Source of the DNA: Podarcis pityusensis
Taxonomy: Eukaryota
DNA length: 64,000 nucleotides
Direction: 5' to 3' (one strand)
Assembly (NCBI GenBank): GCA_964106645.2
Contig: OZ067040.1
Shown here: positions 38,414-50,336 of the stretch, piece after piece
How the letters are laid out: every line of letters begins with the position of its first letter
Numbering within the stretch: the first letter of the stretch is position 1
The notes under the pieces: generated by a model
What the model was told of the DNA's origin: nothing
Seen by the model: the letters and a program-made list of their open reading frames with translations, nothing else
Database searches by the model: none
Position numbers and translations under genes: made by a program

Positions 38414-39374
38414 ACTGAAGTTAGATCTGACTGTGTGCTTTACCACATTACTTCATACTTATTTATCCAGGAGGAACTTCCCCCAAATCTGGTTGGCGCT
38501 AAAGCTCTGAACCAAGAGACATATCTGTGGTGTAGACATATCCACATCAGCACCTAAGTTGTATTTGCTTAAGAAAAGCAAAATACGTTTTTCAATTCCT
38601 TCTACTCTGTTTTCTCCTTTTAATTCCAAACTTAGTCCTAACGGTTCGCTAAGCATTTGCAGTCATAAATGTGGCCACTGATTGCATTTTTTTTGTTTCG
38701 TTTTTCTATTTGAACTGTTTTGCAAAAGAGCCAGATTTCATTTGCATTAAAGATGCAACTCTGTGCAGCACAGCAAGCAATGCATCTGTGGTGTATCCTT
38801 GCAACATGCAAAGTTGATTCGTTGTCAGTGATTCATACTTTCCATTATCAGCAGGTGTGCAGAGACATCAATGATTCTCCCATCTGCCGTTTGTACTCAA
38901 AATGCAGTGTAAGAATCGACACCCAGGAAGCCCTTTCTATCCTTCAATCTTTATTCCAGACTGCCTGCCCTCTCTAATCTTCCCTTCCACACTCCCATTC
39001 AAATGAAAAGCTTTCCAGTACTGAGGATAAATATCTGCTATGTGGAAAAGCTTGTTACAGTAATAACACATTCACTGCACACTTGCTACATCCTAATAAC
39101 TAGAGACATACAGAGAAATCCTCTTAAACCAAAAAAGAGGGACGCGTGGAAATATCACAAGGAATAATGAAAATGTTCAACAAAACCATCTGAAGCAAAC
39201 AGGGAAATGGAAAAGATTACTTGACCTTTAAATACTGTAAATATATCCACAAAGCCCAAAGAACCGTTGTATCTCAGAGCTTCCTGAACAAATACATGAA
39301 TCCCACAACCACCACTAATATAGATTTCTCTCTCTATGCCTCTAAACTGTTCCTATTCACTTCCTAGCTGGTGG

Positions 39375-39455
39375 CTACGGTCCTATACACAGACTAAGCC
39401 CCATTGAACTCAGTGGGGCTTGCTTCCAAACAGACATGCATAGAATTGCACTGTA
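39375..39455. repeat. Short palindromic MITE family (also at about 13780, 29600, 31450, 34480, 52455)
   Basis: Recurring hairpin core aagccccattgaactcagtggggctt. Confidence 0.6.
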
Positions 39456-40000
39456 AGACACACACTCCAAAAGAAGAAGAAGAAAGAAACAATGTGCATT
39501 GTTGCATTTGCTCTACCTGATAACACAGAGTATTGGGGGTTTCTTTAGTGTGTGGTTCTGGTGCATCTTTTTCTGTCTTATAAATGTTGTTAGCTGATTT
39601 GAGCACTGTAGTCAAAAAGCGGGATATACATCTAGTAAATAAATTATAATGAGGCATGCAGTGGAGAAACCACACACACACACACACGGGCTGTTATTTA
39701 GAAACTGGGAAGGAGGACCGGAGAGCAAATCAGTAATGAAGGACAAAGAAGGAGTCAGGACGAAAGACCATCCAAAGGATTCAGGAATGCCTCAAAACTC
39801 AGGAAGACAGTGCTATTCAGGCAAGCTTAACTGGCTGATCATAAATTTGCGAGTCACTAAATGAGATCTCCAGACCCCAAAATATCCTGTGTGTGTTTAC
39901 CAATAAAATACTCTCTTAGGAAATAGCTGTGGACTGGAGTAATACATTAATGCCCAAGAAACTAGATGCTTGTGCAATGTTACTGATCTGAATGGGAAAG

Positions 40001-40248
40001 GAAGAAGAAGAAGAGTTTGGATTTGATATCCCACTTTATCACTACCCGAAGGAATCTCAAAGCGGCTAACATTCTCCTTTCCCTTCCTCCCCCACAACAC
40101 TCTGTGAGGTGAGTGAGGCTGAGAGACTTCAGAGAAGTGTGACTAGCCCAAGGTCACCCAGCAGCTGCATGTGGAGGAGCGGAGACGCGAACCCGGTTCA
40201 CCAGATTACGAGTCTACTGCTCTTAACCACTATACCACACTGGCTCTC
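40001..40248 (-). mobile_element. Squam3/POMSINE-like tRNA-derived SINE
   Basis: Minus strand gagccagtgtggtatagtggttaagagc (A box), ggttcgcgtc (B box), core gtgaccttgggctagtcac, L2-like 3' end and (CTT)n tail. Confidence 0.88.
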
Positions 40249-40852
40249 AGGATACCAGATGCAAAAACAGCTCTGTTCTGGCAGTGGGAGTCACCTAGGC
40301 TGTTTGCTGATTATCCCTCCACATCTGTACTGTATGCACAGAGGCAAGCATATAACCCTACTCTCATCTCCAACACTGACATGCCCTACTTAATCACTTC
40401 ACAAAACAATCCTAGCCTAGGGCCTGGGAGGAGCAGAATGATGGATCTACCACCTCATGTGCCAGCCAAGAGTGAAGATAGGAGGCAGGAGTTTTCCCCA
40501 TTATTCCAGCTCCAGGTTGGTGCAGCTAAGGGGGCCCTAGCAGGACCTGGGGGTTTCAGATACAGCAGCAGGGCCAAAAGCAACAGTTTACAGCCTGCCC
40601 GGGTGTGGCTTGATGCCCCTGCAATGGCAGAGCCCCTACCACCAGCAGAAAGAAGACTACACGCTGTCCTACACAGTCCACCATGGGGATAACATAGGTA
40701 AACATCTCTTCCAAGTGTGTGAGCAGATACAAAAGCAAGGGAAAGCAGCAGCAGTCTCTGCTGCACTGCTTCTTCTGGAGAATGATGGGAATAAGTCATG
40801 GAAGAGGAGAAATGCGGCAAAATGGTTTCAGGGAGCATGATTCAGCCACCTC

Positions 40853-40935
40853 AGCTAAGCAGGTTTGGTCTAGTCAGTGCCTGCATGGGAGACACCTGAG
40901 TTCCATCATGGAGGAAAAGGAGAATAAATGTAAAC
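40853..40935 (+). mobile_element. 5S rRNA-derived (SINE3-like) remnant
   Basis: agctaagcaggtttggtctagtcagtgcctgcatgggagacacctg resembles the 5S box A to box C region, followed by an L2-like tail ggaggaaaaggagaataaatgtaaa. Confidence 0.55.
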
Positions 40936-41363
40936 ATTTGAGGAGGTCCACACAGGGCATCTGAAGGCCCAGACCCCTCCCAATGGACTTACAGCTGTTC
41001 CCTACCATTGATATGCTACATTTTTTATAATGCAACCACATGGATCTTTGGCCTGATCCAGCAATGTTCTTCTTATGTTGGTTCACAGTTGTTAGCCTCT
41101 CTGGAGAGTAATGACTGCATCCTTTGGACTGACAGAAGACGCTGAGTGGGACTGACTTTAGGCTTGTCCTGCAACTGTAACCGATGTCCTTGTAGGACAA
41201 ATTGCTTCGAATCATTTTGATCCAGCTGCCTTTGCAAATTTTGCAACAGCAGTGTAGGGAACTAGGGCTATTCTTGTGTGACTGTGTTCTCGGATCTCAT
41301 CAAAAGATTAAAAAGCCCCTCCCCTCCAAAAATAAAATAAACAGTCTAGAGAAAGCAGCTTAC

Positions 41364-41474
41364 CTGAAGGTATGAGTGTAAACCCAACTGCCAAATGTCT
41401 GGTAGAGATTTAACTGCTTCCTGTTGCAAACAATCCAAGGTTCTTTTTGGGTGTCTTTCTTTCCAGTCCTGTAT
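41364..41474 (-). other. Candidate 111-nt exon
   Basis: Acceptor gttaattcctttatctttcag and donor CAG|gtaagc; two frames open; no recognisable protein. Confidence 0.45.
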
Positions 41475-43461
41475 CTGAAAGATAAAGGAATTAACAAACG
41501 GTGCTAAGCTTTGTGTTCACCCAGATAAGTATGTTGCAGGAGTTTTATGGGCTATGGAAATATTTACTTTGTGTTAAAATTAAAGCCACATCATGTTGTG
41601 CATTACTGTATCACAACCACAGTCCTTACTTCATCAGTCACCTCTAATTGAGGGATGAGGAAAAGTAGGAGGGGGGGTATCATTCCCCTCTAAAAAGTAA
41701 ACAAAGATTTAAACAATGGCAAAGGAATAGGCCATTTACTTCAGATGGAATTTACTTCAGCAGCAGAATGAAATATATGTGGCTGAGAATCCCTTGATTT
41801 CCTTTTCCTTTTAATTGTTCTAGAGACCTTGGGCCAGTCACTGTCTCTCAGCACAGCCGACCACACAGGGAAGTTTTGAAGGTGAAAGGTAGATGGTGAG
41901 AGTGTGCACATCATCTTGGAGGAAATGTGGGATATAATAAAGAAGAAGAAGAAGAAGGCAGGAAATATGAGAATTAGTGTCCAGTAAGTGAAGAAGCAGA
42001 AGGAACATTGTCCAGACTGGGGATCCAGATAGGAAGAAGAACAGAGAGCAGAATAACCTATGACATATAGGTCTTTGATTCTTCTCATGGACTTTGGTTT
42101 TCGTTTTATAAAAGTTTATTTTCGTATTAATTAATTCCATTCATAAACCACCCCTCATCCCAGGCAGTAAACATACATAATAAAACCATAACATTAATTT
42201 GAACATCATTAAAATCACATTAGCCCCCCAAAAAATTCAAAAAAAAATCAGCAGCATCAGCATCTAAAGGAGCCACAATCAATCACAAGCCTCCCCCAAA
42301 TGCTTGAGTGTAGAGGTGTGTTTAGAGTTATCATCTAAAAACTATCCAGTAAACAGAGAGAGGTGCTTCTTTACCTTGGGCCATTTCCCCACTAGAGATT
42401 GCTCCCTCAAAGCTGCTTTTGCCCTTGAGAGGTAAAATGTGTGTGTACACAAGCAGAAACGTAGGACATGATTTTCACGGCTCCACAGCTTCAATAAAAA
42501 TGCAGAGAGCAAAACCAACCCCTGTATATGGTGTTTATTGACCTGACTAAGGCCTTCGACACTGTAAATTGTAATACCCTGTGGACTATCCTTCTGAAAA
42601 TTGGCTCCCCAGTTTTGTGAACATCCTACAGCTTCTCTATGACAATATGACAGCAACAAATTGCAGATAACAATGGCTCTCAAAGTGCACCATTCACAGT
42701 GGGATCAGGTGTTAAACAGGGTTGTGTTATTACCCCAACTTTATTTATTATTTTCATTGCCATGATCCTATACTTTGTCAAAGGGTAACAGATGGAAAGC
42801 TCTTTAATATGAGTAGGCTGAAAGCAAAGAGTAAGGTTACCATAACTTCTGTCACAGAGCTTCAGTATGCTGATGACAACGTAGTGTGTACACAGAAGAT
42901 GACCTACAAAGCTTCCTTACGAAAAGCTTGGCCTATCACTCAACATACAAAAAACCAAAGTGCTGCACCAACATGCACAAAGCAACCCCTCTGCAGCACC
43001 ACAAATCCAACTCAATGGTGTAAGAATCTAAAGTGTCTTTCACTTCTCCTACCTGGGCAGTTATCTTTCCACAAGGGTGCCAAAATTCAGCATCGCCTGA
43101 GCTCTGTGAGTGCAGCTTTCTCCCAATTGAATTGCAGAGTGTTTGAGGACCGGGACATTCACAGGGAAACCAAAATGCTTGCTTACAAAGCTATTGTACT
43201 ACCAACCTTACTGTATGCTTGTGAAACTACCAACCTTACTGTATGCTTGTGAAACATGGACCACTTCTAAACGCCAGCTCCAGCTCCTCGAAAGATTCCA
43301 TCAACGGTGTCTCCGAAAATTTTTACACATCATTTGGGAAGACAGGCGAACTAATGCAAAGATCACCAGTGTCAAAGCGCTGGTCATATTGTGTGGATGC
43401 CTGATTACAGTGGTACCTCGGGTTACAGACGCTTCAGGTTACAAACTCTACTAACTCAGAA

Positions 43462-45728
43462 GTAGGAAGGATCATTAGGCGCGAGTGATCATGCTCTTCT
43501 GAAGTTTACTATACAGCGGAAAGGAGCAGCCAAGCATACTAGGACTCAATTTCTTGACTTTAAGAAAGCTGACTTCATAAAACTTAGGGAAGTGCTGGGT
43601 GAGATCCCATGGACAGTAATACTAAAAAGAAAGGGAGTTCATGATGGCTGGGAGTTTGTTAAGAGGGAGATACTAAAAGCACAACGTCAGGCAATACCAA
43701 TGAGACAGAAACATGGAAGGTGCCTAAAGAAGCCAGGGTGGCTATCTAAAGAACTTTTAACTGAGTTAAGATTTAAAAAGGATGTGTACAAAAAATGGAA
43801 AAGGGGGGAAACCACCAAAGAGGAATTCAAACAAATAGCCAGCACGTGTAGACACAAAGTCAGAAAAGCTAAAGCACAGAATGAACTCAGGCTTGCTAGA
43901 GAGGTTAAAAGCAACAAAAAAGGCTTTTATGGGTATGTCAGTAGCAAAAGGAAGAACAAAGAAACAGTGGGGTCACTCAGAGGAGAAGATGGTGAAATGC
44001 AAGCAGGGGACACAGAAAGGGCTGAACTCCTCAATGCCTTCTTTGCCTCAGTCTTCTCCGATAAAGAAAACAATGCCCGACCTGAAGAATTTGGAGCAAA
44101 TGATTCAGCAAAGGAAACACAGCCCAGAATAACTAAGGAGATAGTACAAGAATACTTGGCTAGTTTAGATGTATTCAAGTCTCCAGGGCCAGATGAACTG
44201 CATCCAAGAGTATTAAAAGAACTGGCAGATGTGATCTCAGAACCACTGGCAGTCATCTTTGAGAATTCCTGGAGAACGGGCGAAGTCCCGGCAGACTGGA
44301 GGAGGGCAAATGTTGTCCCTATTTTCAAAAAGGGGAAAAGAGAGGACCCAAATAATTACCGCCCAGTCAGTCTGACATCAATACCAGGGAAGATTCTGGA
44401 GCAGATCATTAAGCAAACAGTCTGTGAGCACCTAGAAAGGAATGCTGTGATCACCAATAGTCAGCATGGATTTCTGAAAAATAAGTCATGTCAGACTAAC
44501 CTGATCTCGTTTTTTGACAGAATTACAAGCCTGGTAGATGAAGGGAACGCAGTGGATGTAGCCTACCTTGATTTCAGCAAGGCATTTGACAAGGTGCCTC
44601 ATGATATTCTTGTAAAGAAGCTGGTAAAATGTGGTCTTGACTATGCTACCACTCAGTGGATTTGTAACTGGCTGACTGACCGAACCCAAAGGGTGCTCAT
44701 CAATGGTTCCTCTTCATCCTGGAGAAGAGTGACTAGTGGGGTGCCACAGGGTTCTGTCTTGGGCCCGGTCTTATTCAACATCTTTATCAACGACTTGGAT
44801 GATGGACTCAAGGGCATCCTGATCAAATTTGCAGATGACACCAAATTGGGAGGGGTGGCTAACACCCCAGAGGACAGGATCACACTTCAAAACGACCTTG
44901 ACAGATTAGAGAACTGGGCCAAAACAAACAAGATGAATTTTAACAGGGAGAAATGTAAAGTATTGCACTTGGGCAAAAAAAATGAGAGGCACAAATACAA
45001 GATGGGGGACACCTGGCTTGAGAGCAGTACATGTGAAAAGGATCTAGGAGTCTTGGTTGACCACAAACTTGACATGAGCCAACAGTGTGACGCGGCAGCT
45101 AAAAAAGCCAATGCAATTCTGGGCTGCATCAATAGGAGTATAGCATCTAGATCAAGGGAAGTAATAGTGCCACTGTATTCTGCTCTGGTCAGACCTCACC
45201 TGGAGTACTGTGTCCAGTTCTGGGCACCACAGTTCAAGAAGGACATTGACAAACTGGAACGTGTCCAGAGGAGGGCAACCAAAATGGTCAAAGGCCTGGA
45301 AACGATGCCTTATGAGGAACGGCTAAGGGAGCTGGGCATGTTTAGCCTGGAGAAGAGGAGGTTAAGGGGTGATATGATAGCCATGTTCAAATATATAAAA
45401 GGATGTCACATAGAGGAGGGAGAAAGGTTGTTTTCTGCTGCTCCAGAGAAGCGGACACGGAGCAATGGATCCAAACTACAAGAAAGAAGATTCCACCTAA
45501 ACATTAGGAAGAACTTCCTGACAGTAAGAGCTGTTCGACAGTGGAATTTGCTGCCAAGGAGTGTGGTGGAGTCTCCTTCTTTGGAGGTCTTTAAGCAGAG
45601 GCTTGACAACCATATGTCAGGAGTGCTCTGATGGTGTTTCCTGCTTGGCAGGGGGTTGGACTCGATGGCCCTTGTGGTCTCTTCCAACTCTATGATTCTA
45701 TGATTCTATGATTCTATGATTCTATGAT
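43462..45728 (+). mobile_element. 5'-truncated young CR1 LINE
   Basis: ORF2, typical 3'UTR (gcagggggttggactcgatgg...ttccaac), (TTCTATGA)n tail about 45688-45728, and TSD TCAGAA at 43456-43461 and 45729-45734. Confidence 0.95.
43592..45631 (+). CDS. CR1 LINE ORF2 (RT domain and C-terminus), 5'-truncated
   Basis: Motifs [69 protein letters not shown]. The frame is open from about 43467 (EGSLGASDH..., the end of the endonuclease domain). Confidence 0.96.
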   Translation: MLGEIPWTVILKRKGVHDGWEFVKREILKAQRQAIPMRQKHGRCLKKPGWLSKELLTELRFKKDVYKKWKRGETTKEEFKQIASTCRHKVRKAKAQNELRLAREVKSNKKGFYGYVSSKRKNKETVGSLRGEDGEMQAGDTERAELLNAFFASVFSDKENNARPEEFGANDSAKETQPRITKEIVQEYLASLDVFKSPGPDELHPRVLKELADVISEPLAVIFENSWRTGEVPADWRRANVVPIFKKGKREDPNNYRPVSLTSIPGKILEQIIKQTVCEHLERNAVITNSQHGFLKNKSCQTNLISFFDRITSLVDEGNAVDVAYLDFSKAFDKVPHDILVKKLVKCGLDYATTQWICNWLTDRTQRVLINGSSSSWRRVTSGVPQGSVLGPVLFNIFINDLDDGLKGILIKFADDTKLGGVANTPEDRITLQNDLDRLENWAKTNKMNFNREKCKVLHLGKKNERHKYKMGDTWLESSTCEKDLGVLVDHKLDMSQQCDAAAKKANAILGCINRSIASRSREVIVPLYSALVRPHLEYCVQFWAPQFKKDIDKLERVQRRATKMVKGLETMPYEERLRELGMFSLEKRRLRGDMIAMFKYIKGCHIEEGERLFSAAPEKRTRSNGSKLQERRFHLNIRKNFLTVRAVRQWNLLPRSVVESPSLEVFKQRLDNHMSGVL

Positions 45729-46159
45729 TCAGAAATAGTACCTCGGGTTAAGAACTTTACTTCAGGATGAGAACAGAAATTGCGTGCTGGCAGCATGGCG
45801 GCAGCAGGAGGCCCCATTAGCTAAAGTGGTACCTCAGGTTAAGAACAGTTTCAGGTTAAGAACAGACCTCCAGAACGAATTAAGTTCTTAACCCAAGGTA
45901 CCACTGTATTGTCTTCCAAAGCAGCTACTCTATTCCGAACTTTAAAATGGAAAGCCTAATGCTGGTGGTCATCAAAAGAGGTTTAAAGACTCTCTCAAGG
46001 CAAATCTTTAAAAAAATGTAGTATAAACACCAATAATTGGGAAACACTGGCCTGCAAGCACTCCAATTGGAGAACAGCCTTTACCAAAGGTGTCATGGAC
46101 TTTAAAGATGCTCAAACTCAGGATGAAAGCAAGAAACAGACTAAGAGGAAGGCATGACC

Positions 46160-46223
46160 TTCGAAATGCCAACCTTCCGATTGGCAAGCCAATCGGTTTA
46201 GACCACAGCGCCACCCGCGTCCC
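46160..46223 (-). mobile_element. Sauria SINE 5' head fragment
   Basis: ...gaccacagcgccacccgcgtccc matches the head of the other copies. Confidence 0.7.
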
Positions 46224-46972
46224 ACTTCAGCCCTAGCAACCTAGCCCAGTAGCCATTGTCTTCAAACCAAACCAAATGAGATTTATGTTTGACCTCCATC
46301 CTTTGTACATTTGAGGCTTGACTCATCCCTTTAAAATCCATTGCAGCTTTGTGGAATCTGCTGGGTTGGATTTCCCTTTACACACACCCCTTGCTCACTC
46401 ATTCCAGAAATTGATTGGCAATGCTTTTAAGTGTTCCTTTTGCATGCATTAATTTTGTCCAGATTGGATTTGTTTTGATGAAGGTGGACACCTGAAAGTG
46501 CTGCTGGCATGTCTGGGGTACTTTTAGAGTAACTGTTTTAATGCCTCTGAAGTAATACACTGCTGTGACTCTGGTAACTGACATGGCTGGATGGGAGAGC
46601 AGGCAGAGAAGATGTAATGGAGGAGGCAGAGGATTGGTAATCACCTATCCATTTTCAAAAAGGCATTAGCAAGTGATTGCCTTCATCATCTTTTCTGGTG
46701 TGCATTTCCGGCCTGCCCCCTCTGCTTTTTCTCCCTGTCTCCCAGTAAAACAGGCATTTTGATCAGGCCAGACTGCTAGCAGATAATAAAAACACTCTGG
46801 GAAAATATGATCAAATGTTTGAAATGCCAATGCAGTTAGCTGCCCTCCCAAGTAGGCTTGGTGGAAGCTATAATATTATGGGCTATGTTGTATGGGCCAT
46901 TTTGAAGGGCAGTCAGATACAGATTGTTTTTTTGAATTCCTCTCTCTGCTTAAGCTTTCCTATTTCACATAT

Positions 46973-47494
46973 TGTTGCACGCCACCCCCATCTCCAAGTG
47001 GTGAGAGGTTCCAGGGGTTCCAGGCACTTACCATGTGGAATCTTTAAAGACAGTGGTGTCTTTATGATATATGCTTTATTGACACCTATATACAACCTGA
47101 GCCAATGCTGGAAGGGTTCACAACATTTACACCCCAAGAAGGGGCCTTGGATCCACAGCAGAAGCCTTGGATCCACAGCCACAGCCTTGGATCCCAGCAG
47201 AAACCAGGCATGGTTCTGTCTCTCAGCTGCCCAGCCTGCTTCCTGCTTTAAAGTTCACACACCTCAACTTGGGCCTTTGTCTTTCTAACTAATAGACAGA
47301 GGACCATTTGTCCTCTGGCAAAGAGCAGCTTCCTTTGTTACCTTAACAACCCATTCTTAACCAGGCATTACCAAGAAACCTGTCTGGCTATTCCAGCAAT
47401 TGAATCCTTGTTGGAGCTAGGAATTAGAAGGGACTCAGGCACATTGCCTAACCCCCAAACTCACACTATTAAAACCTCTTGCCTCATTCCAACA
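46973..47494 (-). mobile_element. Possible older solo LTR
   Basis: TGTTG...CCAACA ends, minus-strand AATAAA near 47075, internal 20-bp tandem x3 (47144-47202). No TSD found. Confidence 0.35.
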
Positions 47495-47605
47495 GAGAAT
47501 AGTTGGAAGTGCCATTCACTGTGTTCCATTACTGGGCCGGGCCAGACCAAAGATTTTTTACAGTGACAGCACCAGAAAAGGGGGTGGGGACATGCACAGA
47601 CAAGG

Positions 47606-48052
47606 TGTTAGGAGTGTCCTACTCTCGTGTAGGACCCTGGTAGAGACACATGCCCGACTGGCATGTTCTCTCCCTGCTGGTCGATCGTTCGGGAGCTTCA
47701 AAAGCTTTCTCCAACCCGAACATCACAGCGACTAATGCAAAAAGGCATTAGCACACTTAGGGATCCGCAGAGTATTCACAGTTTGCGTAACAGACCTCAG
47801 TAGCTCAGCATTTTGGCTAATCTACGTTTATTTACATATAATACACTCAGAGCATCCTGACTTAGCTCCTGCCTCTTTCTCGTCAGACAGCAAAGAGAGA
47901 AAGAACAAAGGATAATAGTCCCACTTCACGGAACACAGTAATACCAAAACATCCCGTCTCCGTCACTTCCCACACTGTGGAATGAAAACATACACCATCA
48001 TGTGATAGACAACAATCCCATGACTGCAGACACGGAGAATGAATCTCCAACA
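47606..48052 (-). mobile_element. Solo LTR (Gypsy/ERV-type)
   Basis: TGTT...AACA termini, perfect 5-bp TSD CAAGG (47601-47605 and 48053-48057), minus-strand AATAAA near 47827, CpGs retained. Confidence 0.85.
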
Positions 48053-49974
48053 CAAGGCAGTGTGTGTGTGTGTGTAGAAAAATAGCAGTATATGTTAATG
48101 AAAAGTCCAGTAATGGGAGGGCAAGCTCCTTGTTTGGGGGAATGCTTCACCCACCCACAACCCACCTCTGATGCCACCCATGCTTGGTGCCATCGGCACG
48201 GTACTTTGTGGTGAAAGCCCAGAGCTCTATTCAGCAGAATGAGCAGAAGGGCCCCCAAATGAGAGGGGTCAGCTTGCCACCTGCTGAAGTAAGTCAAGTC
48301 GTGCATGTCCAGAGTCTAACACTACCTAATTGCACCATATTTCTTGCACTCTTGGGGGAGATGGTCATTGATGCCCTTTCACATCTGACAATGGACCGAT
48401 GTCACCCAGCATTTATTTAGCTTGCTAAATTACATTTATTCTTGATTCAAGGGGAATTAAAATACAAAACAGGTTATCTGCACAACGTGCATTGGGTGGA
48501 CTGGATTATTACTCAATTCCTAAATTATAGTTCCATCCATATAGACCTACTCCTGGGAAAAATAACATGTGTAGCTTGTAGTGAAGGAAAAGCTATTCCA
48601 GTGTACTTTTCATTCTGATCCATCTATTAGAAAGCTGACCTGCATCTACTTCCTAATGTGTACAAATGGTATGTACAGCTACTGGTGCAATTATTCCCAT
48701 GTTGCAAAATAAATGTGGCCTTGTACTTAAACTTGCATGCACACACTCTCTCTCTCACACACACATGGTAATATAAAACTGATGATGAAATCTAGATGAA
48801 AAATATATAAAAGGCAGAAAGAGATTATATGCCTTTCGAAGCTAAATATTATGTGTATTTCTTTTCTATTTTATGACGGGCGGTAGTAAATACCCAGGTC
48901 CAGTCGAGGTTTGCTAGCACAAACAGGCTGTAATGTGCAGCCCTAGTTGCAGTCGTCGTCCTGACCATTCTCATTGACAGGGCAAATCTGGAGGGAAATG
49001 GACTGTGGCTGGCAGCCAAGGAAAGCCATTGCTAGGCTCTTGGAGAGATTGCACTTGGCACAGTAATATTGGCCTAAGAAAACCATTCACATCTTTTTGA
49101 AAAGCGACCCCCTCAGCTCCCTCAGAGCTATTCCACCAAGTCATAAAATACAAATCAACCATATGTATAAAGGTCAGCTTTAAGTGGGGGAAATTTTCAA
49201 ATCTTTCTGGATGAGGACATTTGTTGTTTACAGAAAAGGTAGCTTTTATGAATAGCAGCCTGCGTTTCAAAATTAGTTTTCATCTGGAAAGGTGCTTCAT
49301 ACATTTTTATAAACTATTCAATATACAAGATTCAGTTCTCTTTGCCTTGAAGCACAGACTCCTTGGGGATGGTTAGTACTAGCTGCAAAACCATTTAGAG
49401 CAAGAATTTGGTCAGCAGTGTAATGAGCCAAAACTTCAAGCAAACACATGAAGACGAACAATTATATTTAATTGTTGGCCCTAATGTTTCCATTAGGGCC
49501 CAAATATAGCTAAGTGTCTCAATACATTTAACACATACATGGAATCATAGAATCACAGAATTGTAGAGTCAGAAGGGGCCATTTAAAACACATGCAACTA
49601 GCAATCCCTGGTGGGGTTAAAATGAGCAGGATCACACCAGGTGGGGAATGAACCCCTTCCATGCCTGCTGCAGTCCCAATAAGATAGGGAACCCACTGTA
49701 TAAAAACATGCACAAACAGAAAAAAAACAGGGGTTCAGGCCAGCATAAAAAGACACAATATATGGCAAGCAAAGTTACAACCACAAAAAGGGTTGTTTCG
49801 GGTCTGATATGTATTTATATTGGAAGTATGTGACTGTAAGATGTGTATTTGTAAATTCTTGAAAACTGAAAATAAAATTCATAAAAAAACAGAATAAGGC
49901 AGCTGCCCATGCTTGTAGAATGAACCACACAAAATTTGCACATGCAATAGATAAAACACATCCCTGAATAGCTA

Positions 49975-50336
49975 AAAAGGTAAAGGTACCCCTGACCATT
50001 AGGTCCAGTCGTGACCGACTCTGGGGTTGCGGCGCTCATCTCGCTCTATGGGCCGAGGGAGCCGGCGTTTGTCCGCAGACAGCTTCCGGGTCATGTGCCC
50101 AGCATGACTAAGCCACTTCTGGTGAACCAGAGCAGCGCACGGAAATGCCGTTTACCTTCCCGCCAGAGCGGTTCCTATTTATCTACTAGCACTTTGATGT
50201 GCTTTCGAACGGCTAGGTTGGCAGGAGCTGGGACCGAGCAACGGGAGCTCACCCTGTCGCGGGGATTCAAACCGCCGACCTTCTGATCAGCAAGTCCTAG
50301 GCTCTGTGGTTTAACCCACAGTGCCACCCGCGTCCC
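49975..50336 (-). mobile_element. Sauria SINE, full length
   Basis: Reverse complement of the 18685 copy; about 13-bp TSD cccYgaatagcta on both sides. Confidence 0.93.

Larger units (their letters stand above)
43408..45906. mobile_element. Tc1/mariner (Tigger/pogo-like) MITE split by the CR1 insertion
   Basis: TIRs CAGTGGTACCTCGGGTT / AACCCAAGGTACCACTG with TA on both sides. The two halves joined match the intact copy at 56544-56769. Confidence 0.9.
42462..46160 (+). mobile_element. Decayed RTE-clade LINE (42462-43407 and 45909-46160), interrupted by the MITE and CR1
   Basis: Translates to DMIFT..CREQNQPLYMVFIDLTKAFDTV, GVKQG, LQYADD, PTLLYACETWT, LLERFHQRCLR, and GHIVWMPDY | LPKQLLYSEL..KRFKDSLK across the insertion. 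Contains frameshifts and stops. Confidence 0.88.

Noticed and set aside
40853-40900. 5S rRNA gene
   Set aside because: Only a diverged internal segment is present.
40171-40964. ORFs of 173 aa and 127 aa as host genes
   Set aside because: One begins inside a SINE, and neither has a recognisable domain or splice support.
43687-45687. Antisense and alternative-frame ORFs over the CR1
   Set aside because: Shadow ORFs of the RT frame with no independent motifs.
47144-47202. CRISPR-like or regulatory repeat array
   Set aside because: Three adjacent 20-bp units with no unique spacers, in eukaryotic DNA.
46815-47288. 157-aa ORF
   Set aside because: Runs into LTR-like repeat sequence and has no protein motifs.
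48873-48908. SECIS element (ATGA...AAA...GA)
   Set aside because: The helix between the putative GA quartet and the AAA loop does not pair properly, and no selenoprotein ORF is evident.
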